Part shown: positions 48,729 to 61,504 of the stretch, one piece after another
Position numbering within the stretch: position 1 is the first letter of the stretch
Layout: every line of letters begins with the position of its first letter
From: Penicillus capitatus
Taxonomy: Eukaryota > Plantae > Chlorophyta
DNA length: 64,000 bases
Assembly (NCBI GenBank): GCA_965649825.1
Contig: OZ287704.1
Location: 298,101 to 362,100, forward strand
Direction of reading: 5' to 3'
Position numbers and translations under genes: made by a program
The notes under the pieces: generated by a model
Databases searched by the model: none
What the model was told of the DNA's origin: nothing
Seen by the model: only the letters and a program-made list of their open reading frames with translations

Positions 48729-50480
48729 ATGCCGTCGTTGTCTGTTCCTTTCGAAAAGTCTGTAAGATCCTTATCGACCAAACAATGGGTGACCCCATTT
48801 CGAGTGCTCTTATTCATGTCCGCCGTTTTCTTTCTTATCTACATCGATAGAGGTGCCCGACGCCAACGACTGCAACACACAACACCAATACGCATCCGCT
48901 TCTCATAGGAGCCATTGCTAGTAATGGCGTGAATGGCAAGAAAGAGACGACGGAACACGTCCACGTGCCCGATAACTCGACGACGGTCATCGAAGAAACG
49001 ATACCGGGTTCTGGCCTGCAGGTGTCACTTTGTTCTCACATCATAAGAACTTCGGGATGGACTGTTCATTAGGGTGAACTTGGACTCAAGAATTCGGAGA
49101 ATGGTCTGCTATCTTCTATGTTTATGGTCGGAATGGGCCTCGCCATTCCTATCTGCTCAGAAGCGGTCTATCGCTTCAATGCCTTCCGTATGACAGGGTT
49201 AAGTCTATTGGTCTGGTCTATCGCGACGATTCTCTGTGGATTCTCCTTTAATTTTGCGACCATTGCTATCTGTCGCATGTTTGTGGGCATTGGCGAAGCG
49301 GCCATTATCTCATTAGCTCCACCTTACATAGGTAAATGGACCACTGTCTCTTCACTTCCTAAACTGCTGTCCATGTCTCGCGTCTATCAGATGATCATGC
49401 ACCGTCTGGGCAGAAAACACTGTGGCTGTCTTGTCTTTTTGTGGCAGTACCTGTTGGATATGCCATGGGTTATGGATATGGAGGCGTCATCGGGGAGCAA
49501 CTGGGATGGAGGGCCGCTTTCATCATCGAAGGGATTGTTATGTTACCGTTCGTTCTCTTCTGTTTCTGTGCAAAACCATTGAAACTCAACATGAAGACCG
49601 CCTCAGGACAAGAAGGCAGGACTGCCACTTTTCTCACTGCAGAAAGTACTGACCGTCTTTTGATAACAGATCCCAGAGAAGATGCTGAAGAGCACAAGGT
49701 CGTCACGTTCTGGAGACACACACGCGAAATCTTCTCGCATACTGTCTATGTCTATATCATTATTGGCTACATCTTCTACACCACCTTTATTGGTGTCCTT
49801 GCGTATTGGGCAGCTAAGGCAGCGAAATCGGTGTATGGAATGGAAGACTATTTTACTGGAGGCATTGCTGCCGTCTTTGGACTCTCTGGTGCACTGCTGG
49901 GAGGCTTTATCCTCGATCGCATCGGATCCACCATTTCAAGAGCACTGGCCATGAGCTCCGTCTGTTGTATTATTCCTGGAATCATTGCTTCACTCGGATT
50001 CTTACTGCAGCCACCAATGGGTATTTTCCTTATCCTCTACTCCACTTCTCTCTTGCTTCTTTTCTCCCTTCAAGTACGATCCTGCAGAAGGCTTTTATGG
50101 TAAAGAAGCTTTATGGACTGTTCTAGGCTCCGGTGCAGGCTTCTATTCTGTGGTGCATGCCTCCTAATCACAGGACTTTGGCAAATGGGCTCTCTGTCCT
50201 TCTCATTCATCTCTTTGGTGATGTTCCAGCTCCGCCGTTGTTTGGAGCGTTGTTGGATGAATTCAACACAACGATGAGCGAGAAGGACTCCTACAGCAAG
50301 GCGCTCTGTTTGACGGCGACGGTTCTTTTGGCGGCAGGAGTATTCTTTATGAGAGCGGCATGGGTTGGTCGGACAGCCAAGGATTATCGATATCTGAATG
50401 CAGAACAAGAGGATAGCCTACCAACCCGGGAGTCCTCTGTCGACTCCTCTGAGGCTCCACATATGCCTCTACTAGCATAG
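48729..50480 (+). CDS. MFS transporter, Spinster-like (paralog 2)
   Basis: LIYIDRG|AIASNGVNG, LLSSMFMVG, CRMFVGIGEAAIISLAPPYI and IHLFGDVPAPPLFGALLD. Confidence 0.9.
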
Positions 50481-51437
50481 ATCTATAAAAATTTCTGCAC
50501 TAAAAGAATTCTTTACACTGTGAGTGGATTTCAATTTGAGGGTGTTGGATGGATGCTTGATAAAAAAGAGTACTGTTGACTGAAGTGTGTGTGGTGCAAA
50601 AAATAGCTCAGGGTCGATAACGTCTATCAAAGTCCTAATGTAACTGCAAATCTGCCAAGCACCCGACCTTGACGCAGAATGCGTTCTTAGAGAAACGTCG
50701 CGGCAATGGCGACTCAAGATGTGAGTGTTCTGCAGATCACTCTTGCAGAACTCTTGCTGATTGATATGACATTTATTCCTCCAGGTCACCATGGTAAGAC
50801 GTTTTCGGTTAAGTTTTGAATCGTTCATGTAGCTACCTATCTCTCTCAGTCGAGAAGGCAGGGCTTTGATTCGATAAACAAGATAAAAAAGCGCTTATCA
50901 TAGAGTGGAAGATGAGATACCCGGAGATGCCCACCCTATCTTTCATCCAAGGAAGATAGTACTTGCAAGTCATGGATTTGCGAAGTCAAGGCACTTTTCA
51001 AAACTTACCGGAAGAAACCGAAATCCTCTCTCCGTGTATGTTCTTGCAGCGATGAGTGTTCCGTTTAACTGTGGAGAAATCGTTTCCTCTGGGACTTCGG
51101 CGCCCGCTGAGCCGAGTGGGAAGAACGCACACAACTGAAAAGCAGTGCTGGCAGTTTTCGCGACTCTTTCGGGATACTGTTCAATGATCTTCAAATGGTC
51201 TTCGTTTTCGACGACTGTCCAACAGGATCCCGAGCAATCCTACATGCAGTCCGATGTCGCTGTATAAGCACGTCGCATTAAAGATAGCAAAGTGTCTCGT
51301 CGAATGTCGCGATCCATCCATCGATAGCTGCGAATGGACTATTAGAAACGATCTATCGATCGGCACCGAAAGTCGGCCGTATCGAGCGTTGTGATGAAAC
51401 AATCGATCGGCATGCCTATTCCTATAGAGAGTAGTGG

Positions 51438-51461
51438 TCAATCAATCAATCAATCAATCAA
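51438..51461 (+). repeat. (TCAA)6 microsatellite
   Basis: tcaatcaatcaatcaatcaatcaa read directly. Confidence 0.85.
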
Positions 51462-53093
51462 CGCGAATGGCCATATCGAGCATCGAGATCCACCATTGAT
51501 TGAATGTCATCAAAAGCGACGAACAAGTTACCAACCGATAGTTTATCTAGTTGTATCGATTGTCTCGGACGAACAATCAAGCATGATCGATGGTAACTAG
51601 TATGACAAATCGACTGATCGCAACGAATAGTCTTATCGACCCTTGCGAACAATCGATCAAGCAATCGATCTTTACGAATGCTGCTATCGTTCCTCTCAGA
51701 TAGTCGATCGTTGCGAATTGTCGATCCTATTGAAATTCGCAATCAATCGCTACGAATATAATGACCCGTAGAGATAAAGAGATTTCAAAAATTTATCATC
51801 TTAAAGGAGTCATGTCGAACAAAGAGACCGAACGCGAACAAAAGACGTCGTGCAGAATATAATGTTTACAATACATTACTATTTCATCCATCGTAGAGCA
51901 CCGATCCATGCAATGATGCACAGCCACCTCTTCTTGTGCACTTGACATGTTGTCACGAGAATACTTTCGAGCAAGGCAATATATTTGTCTTCGTTATCGT
52001 GACTCATCGCTACGATATCGTTTTCACTCCGCTAGCATCGTTCTTCTTTCACAACATGTAAGGATTTTTACTGCGACGTCTACAGGAAACTCATCGTTGC
52101 TCATAGACTCCAGTTCCCAATGCTCTATCGATTGCACCATTTGGCTTTATTATAAAGAGTTTTTCGGCCATCGTCGACGAAACGGGAACCGTTGTTTGTG
52201 ACAGACACGTCAATGCAGTCAGTTCCTCGAAAAAAAACAAATAAGGATCGTCCCAGGCTCACGGAGTTACCCAAGTTCTTCGACTTTGCTGAAGTGTCGT
52301 TCACAGTGATCGCGTCAAACGATCTGCCTCATTCTTCTGGCAGTTCTTCTGTTAGATCCTACGTGAGATACCTACAGACAGAGCAACTGCTCTAGGAATC
52401 ATTTTCCATCAGTATATTAGTCCTCGACGAATCGCTGTTTAAACAAGCGACTCGTGATGGATGCCGCCCATCGCATCCGAACAGATGTACAGGGTACTAG
52501 ACACGTCCTGTCTACGTGGCATCCTCTAGAGCTTGTTGTATAGCCATGCAACCTTGGACAGAAGAGTGCAATACAACAGATATGCTTGGCTGGCATCGGA
52601 TTCGGCAATCACAACGTACATCTGCAGTGCCATTCAGCGAGAAAACTGTTCCAATGACGAAGTTCTTTTCGTTACATGGCAAAGGAGAGAGTCTTCTCTA
52701 GCCGAAGTCGACCTTAGCAGCTTTGATAAGGTGAAGATCTCTCGTCCTGGACGAATAAGCTCATTTCGCAGTGTAACGGGTGAGTATCGTTCGCTCATAG
52801 AGCGAGAGTAATCACGCGCAACAGTTCAGAGGTTCAATACGGGGAGAATGGCCGCAAAATAGACAGGTCTCTGCTATGACTGCCTGAAAAACAGATGAGA
52901 TTTGCTGCACGAGACACAGGAAAACCGGGACGAAAGACGCTGATGATGGCCGGTACAGTGGTATGATACCTCGGACGACATATAGATTCGATCACGCATT
53001 CCTGTGGTCGGCTTTAATTCGAATCTTGCATTTTAGTCCGATCGAGAAGCGTTTCCCGTTCGCAGTCGTATAGACCCTTTCCTGCGTGTAACC

Positions 53094-55120
53094 ATGAAGT
53101 GTGCCGTGTTTTATGCGTGGACATGTCTTCTTCTGGTCCTTCGCACGACATCTGCCAGCCAGGGTACCGCCGTCTCTAAACCATTCCTTCTCTCAACGAA
53201 GCGCGTTGCTATGTGAAAAGGAGCTTTGTTGACCACGACACTGGACATCGGAGACACGCATCCGCGCGTCGACGCTGCCGAAAGAAGCCATGAAGCGTAT
53301 CAGGTGATCGTGCAGATTTACGATGGGTGACTGCAGCCGCGGAAGCTATCTTCGCAGGTGTTCGTCAGAAACAAGGAGAGCGTTGAGGCGAACAGCAATG
53401 AAGGGCCGACTCCTCTGCATCTGGCAGTGGCAGACGGACGAGCAGACGATGCGAAAGTGCGACATGTCTGTTGACAAGGTTCGTCGAGGATTGGCATCCG
53501 AGCAGGTATTGCTCAATGGAGGAGCCGACATCGAAGCAGCGGACGAGACAGGGCTGACTCCTCTCTACTATGCAGTTTTGGCCGAGAAGGCGGAGATGAT
53601 AAGGGTGAGTGAGTGTCATTGACTGTCCGCTGATGGCTGCGCGAGTATTTGCAGGTTCTACTCGATCAAAACGCAAAGATCGAAGCGGCGACCTCTACAG
53701 GATGGACGCCACTTTTCTACGGCGTCTGCACTAAGAACGTGGATGTGGTCAAAGTAAAAACCCAGAAGATGTTCAAAGCTCCACAGATATGAGCTTTTAC
53801 AGGCTCTACTCGTTGGCGGCGCTAACACTAAGGCGATCGACACGAAACATAACACTCCACTCCATTACGCATCGCTCTTCGGGACCGCTGAGATCGTAAA
53901 GGTCCGCCCCGATCCGAGTAGTCATCTGTGGTAGACAGTTGATGGATTCTCCAGGCTCTTATCGGTGGAGGAGCGAATTTGGAAGCGATGGGCGAAGGAG
54001 GACAGAGGCCACTCCATTGTGCAGTCCGCTCACAGAACATGGATCTAGTGAAAGTGCGTTGTTTCCTCGGGGAAAATCTATGATGACATCCTCTGCAGCT
54101 TTTACTCGATCGAGGTGCGACAGTCGACGCGACGGACAGTGCTGGACAGACGCCGCTTTTTTGGGCGGCTGCTCGAGGAGAAGTCGAAGTCACCAAGGTG
54201 TGATGCGGATCCGCCGAGGTTTCATCAGCGACACACGTCGCTGTAGGTTCTACTTGGCCGAGGCGCAAAGTCTACGGCAACAGACAGTCACGGACATACT
54301 CCAAGTCAGTTTGCAACGGAGTATGGACACTACGATGTGGCAGAGGTGCGTGGCAGTATTGATCGGTTCAGGTTGTACAAGGGCAGCTGTCGATGCAGAG
54401 TCTCTATCAGATCGAAGAGTTCGACGCGGCAGGCATTCGTCCATCTGCCGGTTTGATTCAGGCAGCGCAAACTGGAAAAGTTGAACTCGTCAAGGTGTGA
54501 AAAAGAAATTGTGCTTCGCAGTTTCGTAAAGCAAGTCTGCTGACGCAGGTTCTGCTTGATCGAGGCGCAAACATCGAGACAAAAGACAACAGCGGTTGGA
54601 ATGCACTTCACCGTGCAGTATTTGCTGGTAAAATTGAAGTCATAAAGGTACGTCGACCCAACGGATCGCCGTTTCCTGATGTCGCCGATCGTCGTCGGCG
54701 CAGGTTCTACTGGACAGAGGTGCAAACGTCGATGCGTCTGACAACAATGGCTGGAATGCACTTCACCGTGCAATTTACAGAAACAACGTTGAATGTGTCA
54801 AGGTATATTGACGCGTCGGATCGCCGTTTCTTGAAGTCAACGACCGTCGACGCAGGTCCTGCTTGACCGAGGTGCAAGTGTTTCTGCTGCTGGAAACGAC
54901 GGTCAGACTCCACTCCACATTGCAGCGCGTTATTCACGTATTGAGCCCACGAAGGTAAGTTATATAAGTATTTGGATTCTATTGCATTTAATCTGTTGGA
55001 CAGCTTCTGCTTGCTCATAAAGCGTCGACGAGGGTCAAGGACAAATCTGGAAGGATTCCGTGCAATCTCATAGGCGGATCTGGCCAGACTCGATCTACGC
55101 TTCAGTCTCTTTTGTGTTAG
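53094..55120 (+). CDS. Signal-peptide-bearing ankyrin-repeat protein (about 11-12 repeats, one per exon)
   Basis: MKCAVFYAWTCLLLVLRTTSASQ, then mostly 99-nt exons such as VLLDRGANIETKDNSGWNALHRAVFAGKIEVIK separated by phase-0 introns; TAG 55118-55120. Confidence 0.88.
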
Positions 55121-57159
55121 ATTTTGTGTCTAAGGATTTCTCCGACTTGTTTTAGCCTGTCATCCATATGTCAGGCATGTTCCACTGGATGAAGCTGGAG
55201 TACAGTGCTCCGTCTTAATTGTCTGCATACTTTGTTAAAGATGCTATTATTTTTGAGCCTGTTATCCACGTATCAGGAAAGTTCCACCGAGTCTACTGGA
55301 GCTGCCTTATAAAGCTCCATCTCAACAGTCAGCCTTGAGTAAAGATTTCAATTGTTCTGTGTGTTGCTCTGCGAACCGAAGAATCCTGCGAACCCTCGCG
55401 CAGGAAAACGATTGCATTGTTGACATTTTCACAGCGCTCGTGTGATGGACAGACACGACGGGATATCTGTCAACCATTCCTGTCCCGGTACTTCAGATCC
55501 ATCGTACCTTAACAGTTAGAGCATGAATCCTGCGAATCCTGCGAATCCTGCACCAGACGAATTCGCCATTCAAATCATCGAGATGGACCTTGCTAAGAGA
55601 TGTATGCGCATGAGATATCTTGCGCGTTTGCCGTCGCGATTATTCCGACCAATGCATCTATCGAATTCTAGTGTATGCGAAAAGAACGCTGCATAAAAGA
55701 CACCGCCCTTGATTGATAAGATAAGACAGCTTTTGAGATTTAACAAAGAAATCCATTTCTGCTCATTGTAAGGAGATAAGACACATGATCAATCAACGTT
55801 GTCTGATCACACCGAGTGAGCATTCTTTTTGCTCGACAGAATGTCCGCGTACACGTTTGGGTACCGTGGACTAATTTCTCCATACTCTCAATTGTCAAAA
55901 CTACTAAATTGGCCTCGCGCACGCCAATCGATTTGTTTTTTAAGCGAATGAATGATATGAAAAGTAGATGAATAGTGTCAAGAAATACATAACACACCCA
56001 TCACGTCACGGATCGGAGTTTACAAATGTGCTCTTGCCAGCCTCCCCAATCAAGCGTGATTTCCGGACAGTTCCACAAAATTGAGTCCTCGACCGAGTCC
56101 ATCCAATTGCCGGTGTTATACGCCCATTGGTTTTTTGTTGAGAGTAATGCAGGAACGATCAGCTTTGATCTGCTATGCACGACGCGCTTCTCCTTGTTCG
56201 TGCATTTCGATCAAAATCTAAGAATCTTGTTTGCTCTTTCGGGCAGAATCCCTCGATGGACTTTCGGCTCGAATCATTGTTGTAGTCTTTACGAAAAGAG
56301 TAGACGCCAATGTTGTTCTTATAATACACCATGAAACTCGCATCAGATTCCTCGAGTTTCAGATCAAGAAAGACATGAAGATCGGCTTCTAACGATCGAT
56401 AGATCGATCATATGAAATAAAAAAGAAACATTCACCGCCAAAGTGTACGCCACCATCGATGATCGACCTAACGGTGTCGAATTGGAATCGCACAGAATGA
56501 TGGCAGAGAAGAACAGGATGATAGATTGCGGCAGAGACGTCGGATCTAATGTATTGAAATGAACCATGTTTGTTGCATGCGAGCCAACTTAGAGCGAGTT
56601 TGGCATGGAGCTCAAAGACGTCTTCGGTCTATTCTGAAAGAGCATGTGGTGCTCTGGTGTCTTGAAAGGAACCAAATAGCATGCGTGATATGTTCTACGA
56701 TCAAGATGCCGCTACAGAGAGAGGCCTGCAATGATGGAACGATATGGACAGAAACACAATGACGGCCGCGCTGAACGATTTCCGGTTGAGAATGACGATT
56801 CCCAAGCAATAGTGCAACGACACAGGTTCCTAGGGATCGCGATTCATACACCACACCGACAAGAGATAAATCGATCGGTCGACATACTCTTTTTTATGAT
56901 TCACTGGGTAGGTTGATGCAACAATGCACAAAATGTCGTATAGGAACCATCTTTTCTCGATTTTGCATCCATTGTACCGAAGTCGATAAACGTACGATGC
57001 ACTGCATGAAACTGAGGTTTCTTTCATCTTGCACCTACGTGTCGATCGCAACAGATTATCGAAACCAACGGCGCGCGATCGTCAAAGCGACCATCTCATC
57101 GATATGTCTTGCCGATGACTAATCGCGATGCCGTGTCTGGCGGTCTCTTACCTGTACTG

Positions 57160-57385
57160 ATCGATCACTCATCAGCAGCCATCGGGCGACCGATCACTCA
57201 TCAGCAGCCATCGGGCGACCGATCACTCATCAGCAGCCATCGGGCGACCGATCACTCATCAGCAGCCATCGGGCGACCGATCACTCATCAGCAGCCATCG
57301 GGCGACCGATCACTCATCAGCAGCCATCGGGCGACCGATCACTGGAATTTGTGACATCGGGCGACCGATCACTGGAATTTGTGAC
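57160..57385 (+). repeat. 29-bp minisatellite upstream of the polyamine transporter
   Basis: Unit ATCGGGCGACCGATCACTCATCAGCAGCC at 57181, 57210, 57239, 57268 and 57297. A partial copy precedes these, and two 30-bp variants (ATCGGGCGACCGATCACTGGAATTTGTGAC) follow at 57326 and 57356. Confidence 0.95.
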
Positions 57386-57574
57386 GTACTTGATGTATTA
57401 CGATTCTTCCTTCTCGTTCTCCTCCGTATCTTGACGTTATTATAACTGCCACGTCGCGTCGCGCTTGTTACGTTCCACGACTTCCGAGAGGGTAATATTT
57501 GCCGTCTGTGCCGTTGACGTATCAAAGACAAGCATTCTGTCTCTATCGACTGCGTGCAATCTGTTCTCCTTCTA

Positions 57575-59233
57575 ATGAGCTCTGAGCACGGCACTCCACG
57601 TTGCACTCGGAAACGACCTCTGTCGTTTGTGTCCGTCGTCGCCATCATTTTCTTCGAGGTGGCCGGAGGGCCGTTCGGCATCGAAGTCTCGAACCTATTT
57701 CTCTCTTGTCTTCCTAACTTCGCTGCAGGATTCCGTTCGCTACGGGGGTGCATCGTTGGCTCTCCTTGGTCTCCTGGTCTTGCCTATTCTATGGAGCATT
57801 CCAGAGGCACTCGTAACAGCTGAGCTAGCTACAATGTTTCCCGAAAACAGCGGCCCGGTGGCGTGGGTCACCGCAGCGTTCGGTCCATTTTGGGGATTTC
57901 TCGAAGGAGCTTTCAGTTGGATCAGCGGTGTCGTCGATAACAGCATCTACCCTCTGTTCTTGGCACGCTATCTTCAATGGTTCTTTCCTATTCTGCAACA
58001 AACGTTGCCTCGCAGGTACCCAACCCATATCCACCGATCTCCTGAGATGGATTCTTCTAATAGAATCTTTCTCATAGCGAGTTCTGTGGGTATGTGTTAT
58101 CTCAATTATCGTGGACTGGGGTTGGTGGGGAGAACAGCCGTGGGACTAACCCTGTTCATTCTCTGCCCCTTTGTGGTGCTTACGGTTATGGGAATCGACC
58201 AGATCCATCCATCCCGATGGTTTGAAATGCCAGATCCTGACCGACTTGATCTTCCAGCCTTCATCAATGTTATGTTCTGGTCGGGCACACTGCCAAAGAG
58301 GGAGTGTTGGCTGTAGTGCTGTCGTATAGGAACATTAACTATTGGGACTCTGTTGGGTCGCTCTGTGGAGAGATTAGCAACGTGACGACTGTATTGCCTA
58401 AGGCACTGTTTGCGGCAGTGATATTGGTTTGTTCGGCCTATTTCGTGCCGGTTTTGGTAGGCATCGGAATTATGGGCTCGGAAGATTGGCCAGAAGGCTT
58501 CTTCGGTTACTTGGGTCGTCAGGTACTTCGCATTGCGCTGCCCCATCACCCACCACCTTGACACGATGGCTTTGCTGTTGAGGTGGGCGGTGTCTGGTTA
58601 GAAGGATGGATCATTCTCGCCGCTGTTGCGAGTCAGATGGGACTGTTCATTGCAGAACTCTCAAGCGATTCTTACCTGGTGCTGGGGTTAGCAGAGAAAG
58701 GCGTGCTGCCCAAAAAATTGGCCTCCCTTTCAAAGCACGGCACACCGACATATGCTCTGCTACTCTCAGGCTCTGGCATCAGTGCCATGTTGATCAGCTT
58801 CAATTTCATTTCGGTGGTTGAAATGTTAAATGTCGTCTACTGCTTTTCCGAACTGCTTGAATTCTTCGCTTTGATTAAACTAAGAATGACGCTGCCGAAT
58901 TCTCAAAGGCCTTTTAGAATTCCTTTGGGAATCAGGGGATTGTATGCCATGCTGCTGCCTTGTTCCCTGTTTCTCGTTGCTATCATTGCAATTCCTTTTG
59001 TCACTTTGGACTGGGAGATCATTTCGTTCACGATCATTTGTTGGATCGTCAGTGTCGGACTCTATTGCTTTCTAGAACATGCCAAAAAGCATCAATATCT
59101 AGCGTTTAGCCAAAACGACCTCCTTACGTTTTCTTCTGAATATCAGATGCTGTCGAACACGGGACATAATGGTGCAGAGCACGGTGGTGGCGATTCACCG
59201 GAACAGATCGAGACAGCCGAATCTGCTCTGTAA
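57575..59233 (+). CDS. APC-superfamily polyamine/amino-acid transporter (PUT/RMV1-like)
   Basis: IIFFEVAGGPFGIE|DSV, WSIPEALVTAELATMFPENSG, NINYWDSVGSLCGE and AELSSDSYLVLGLAEKGVLP. Confidence 0.92.
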
Positions 59234-59459
59234 CGAGAAGCATTATGATAATATGTACATTTGAGAAAACAGTGCCAACCAGGATTGCTTCCGGTTTACA
59301 TCCACTCATGTGTTAGGTTCAACATGAAAATGCTCAGTCTTAGTAACGCTCACGTCCAAACCTGCCTAGTAGACTAGTAAAAAAGAAGAAATGGCTGTCT
59401 AGTAGTATATGGGCCTGAAATGGCGGCGGCCCTAGTACACAGATGATGCAAGATGTCAT

Positions 59460-61250
59460 TCACAGAGGATCCAACTCTCGAAGCCAGCGCGTGGCGATCC
59501 ATTTCTCTCCCATGATGATGGGCTCTGCTGCATGGAGCGATGTCTTGTCTTCCTTACCTTCTTCTGTTCGAGACCAGAAGAAGACTGCTCGTCCACGTCT
59601 GGGAAAAATGCGCAGACCTCCACGCCTTCTGTCATTCTGCTTCTTGAATGGTGCATAATACAGCTGTTCTGCACCTGGAAGCTCCGGCGAGGCTAAAGGA
59701 AAGTATGTGGCGCCTCCAGCTTCCGTATCTCTGCATGCACAGTCACACATTTCGATAAGACGTTGACGATTAAAGCGATTACTGAAGATAGACGATGAGC
59801 GTGGCCGCTCTCATGTGTGATTGTCCCTGTCGGACGTCATAGTGTTCTGCATAAAATTCGCCAATGTGATAGCGTACAGCTGTTCAAAATGAAGAATGTG
59901 TGAAGGAGAGACGGTATGGATGGGTGGATACCTTGGAGAGATTCGTTTGGCTTCAGCTGACGCCCTTCGTGAATCTCAGGTCTCTCAATGAGACGAAGGA
60001 GCTTTTCTTCGACGGTCTTGACGACAGGGGTGCGACTGAGACTCCCTGTGAAGAACATACTGGATGACGTGCGCGACGGCGTCTCAGTGCCTGATGTGGA
60101 CAAGGTCACACGCTTGATCAACGAGTAGAGAAAGGGGTGACCTGACGATACGCGACTGCGGTAGAGCAGAGGCGTTGCGATCTGGATGAGTTCTTCACAC
60201 TCATCTGTCGTCAAGAAATGCTCCACCATGAAAATCTTCGGCGACGCAGAGATCTACACAGACCATGTCGTTCCCACGCATTCATAAAAAAGGACGCAAA
60301 TCAATGACCTTGTAGAGTTCCGGCTGTTTGTCGCAAAGAGTGATGAACCGAGGGGGAAAGAGACGTGTGTCGCGAACCCAGCAGAAACGCAAGCCGATGG
60401 TCAGTCGAGGATGAGGGGTGGTTCGATTGTTGAGCAGCTCAGTGAACGTCGTCACGTTGTGGATTCCAACGACCGGGTCTCGGGACGAGAATCCATGATC
60501 TATACGAACAAAGAAGGCGGCGTCGAATGGCGACGACGTGTGATCAGACACGTACGTAATGCCTGGACGCACAGCGTCGCGCCGCCCGCCGCGATCGATA
60601 GAGTAAAATGCGCGTCGATAAGAAACGGCTCCCCCAACTGTCCATTCACGCTCTGCGCGAATCTCCTTGTCAAAATACACAGAACGAAAGAAAGGACGCC
60701 TACCTCCAGATAGACCGAAATGGCGTCGTTTCGGTGGTCTTTCGGGGCAATTGTCAATCGCCTATATCGATGACCTAAGCTCGATCTCACTTCTACCAAG
60801 CGCGTACCAAAGGAGTCGCGTTCCGATCGGATGGAATCGAAAAGAACTCGACGAGATGAGTCTCGGAAGTGGAGAGTATGACGTGACATAGGACTCCGTC
60901 TCCAGCAACCAATGTAACGCCGACACATCCTCACCTGTACGTGATCATCGATCGTCGATCGTCGAAGATGGCGAGGATATACTCGACACTCGATCTTCGA
61001 CTTCGAGATGCCCTTGCGCTGCAAGAATCTCTGCAGCGATGCCTGCTGGACACGTCACATCAAGCGACAGCTGACGAGATAGGGGGCATGCCTGACCTTG
61101 AATGGGCCATCGTGTTCCGATGGGTCCGACTTCGGTGGCGCATCCCGCTGGAGGCGTAAACGATCGCGGTATCGGATGGAGTCGTGATCGTTTACGGGAG
61201 GGACGTCGAGTCGACGCTCTCATCTCCGGCGTCTTCGATGCGACACCCAT
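59460..61250 (-). CDS. P4H: Prolyl 4-hydroxylase (2OG-Fe(II)) with long N-terminal extension; start uncertain
   Basis: EHFLTTDECEELI, RTSSSMF, YAEHYD, RAATLIVYL, GGATYFP and SLHAAEPIIMGEKWIATRW. Upstream exons are only tentatively joined. Confidence 0.78.
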
Positions 61251-61504
61251 GCGGAAACTCTCGACGTTTTCGATCGATTTCAGCGGCGAACGCGGTTGTT
61301 CGTCGTCGATCGGTACCGACAGAGCGTCTCCCATCGAAAAGATCTTCGATCAAAACTTGACAAGTTTGAAGTGCACCGCGAAATCGCCTCAAAGAATAAG
61401 AAGCCGACAGCGAATGACGCTATAAGTACCCTCGTGTCACATCATTCCGATCAACAGATGACGGAAAGCAACGTCACATCATTGCAGCGCTGTCAAACAA
61501 CAAG

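Noticed and set aside
57160-57385. CRISPR array
   Set aside because: Units are contiguous with no unique spacers, there are no cas genes, and the context is eukaryotic.
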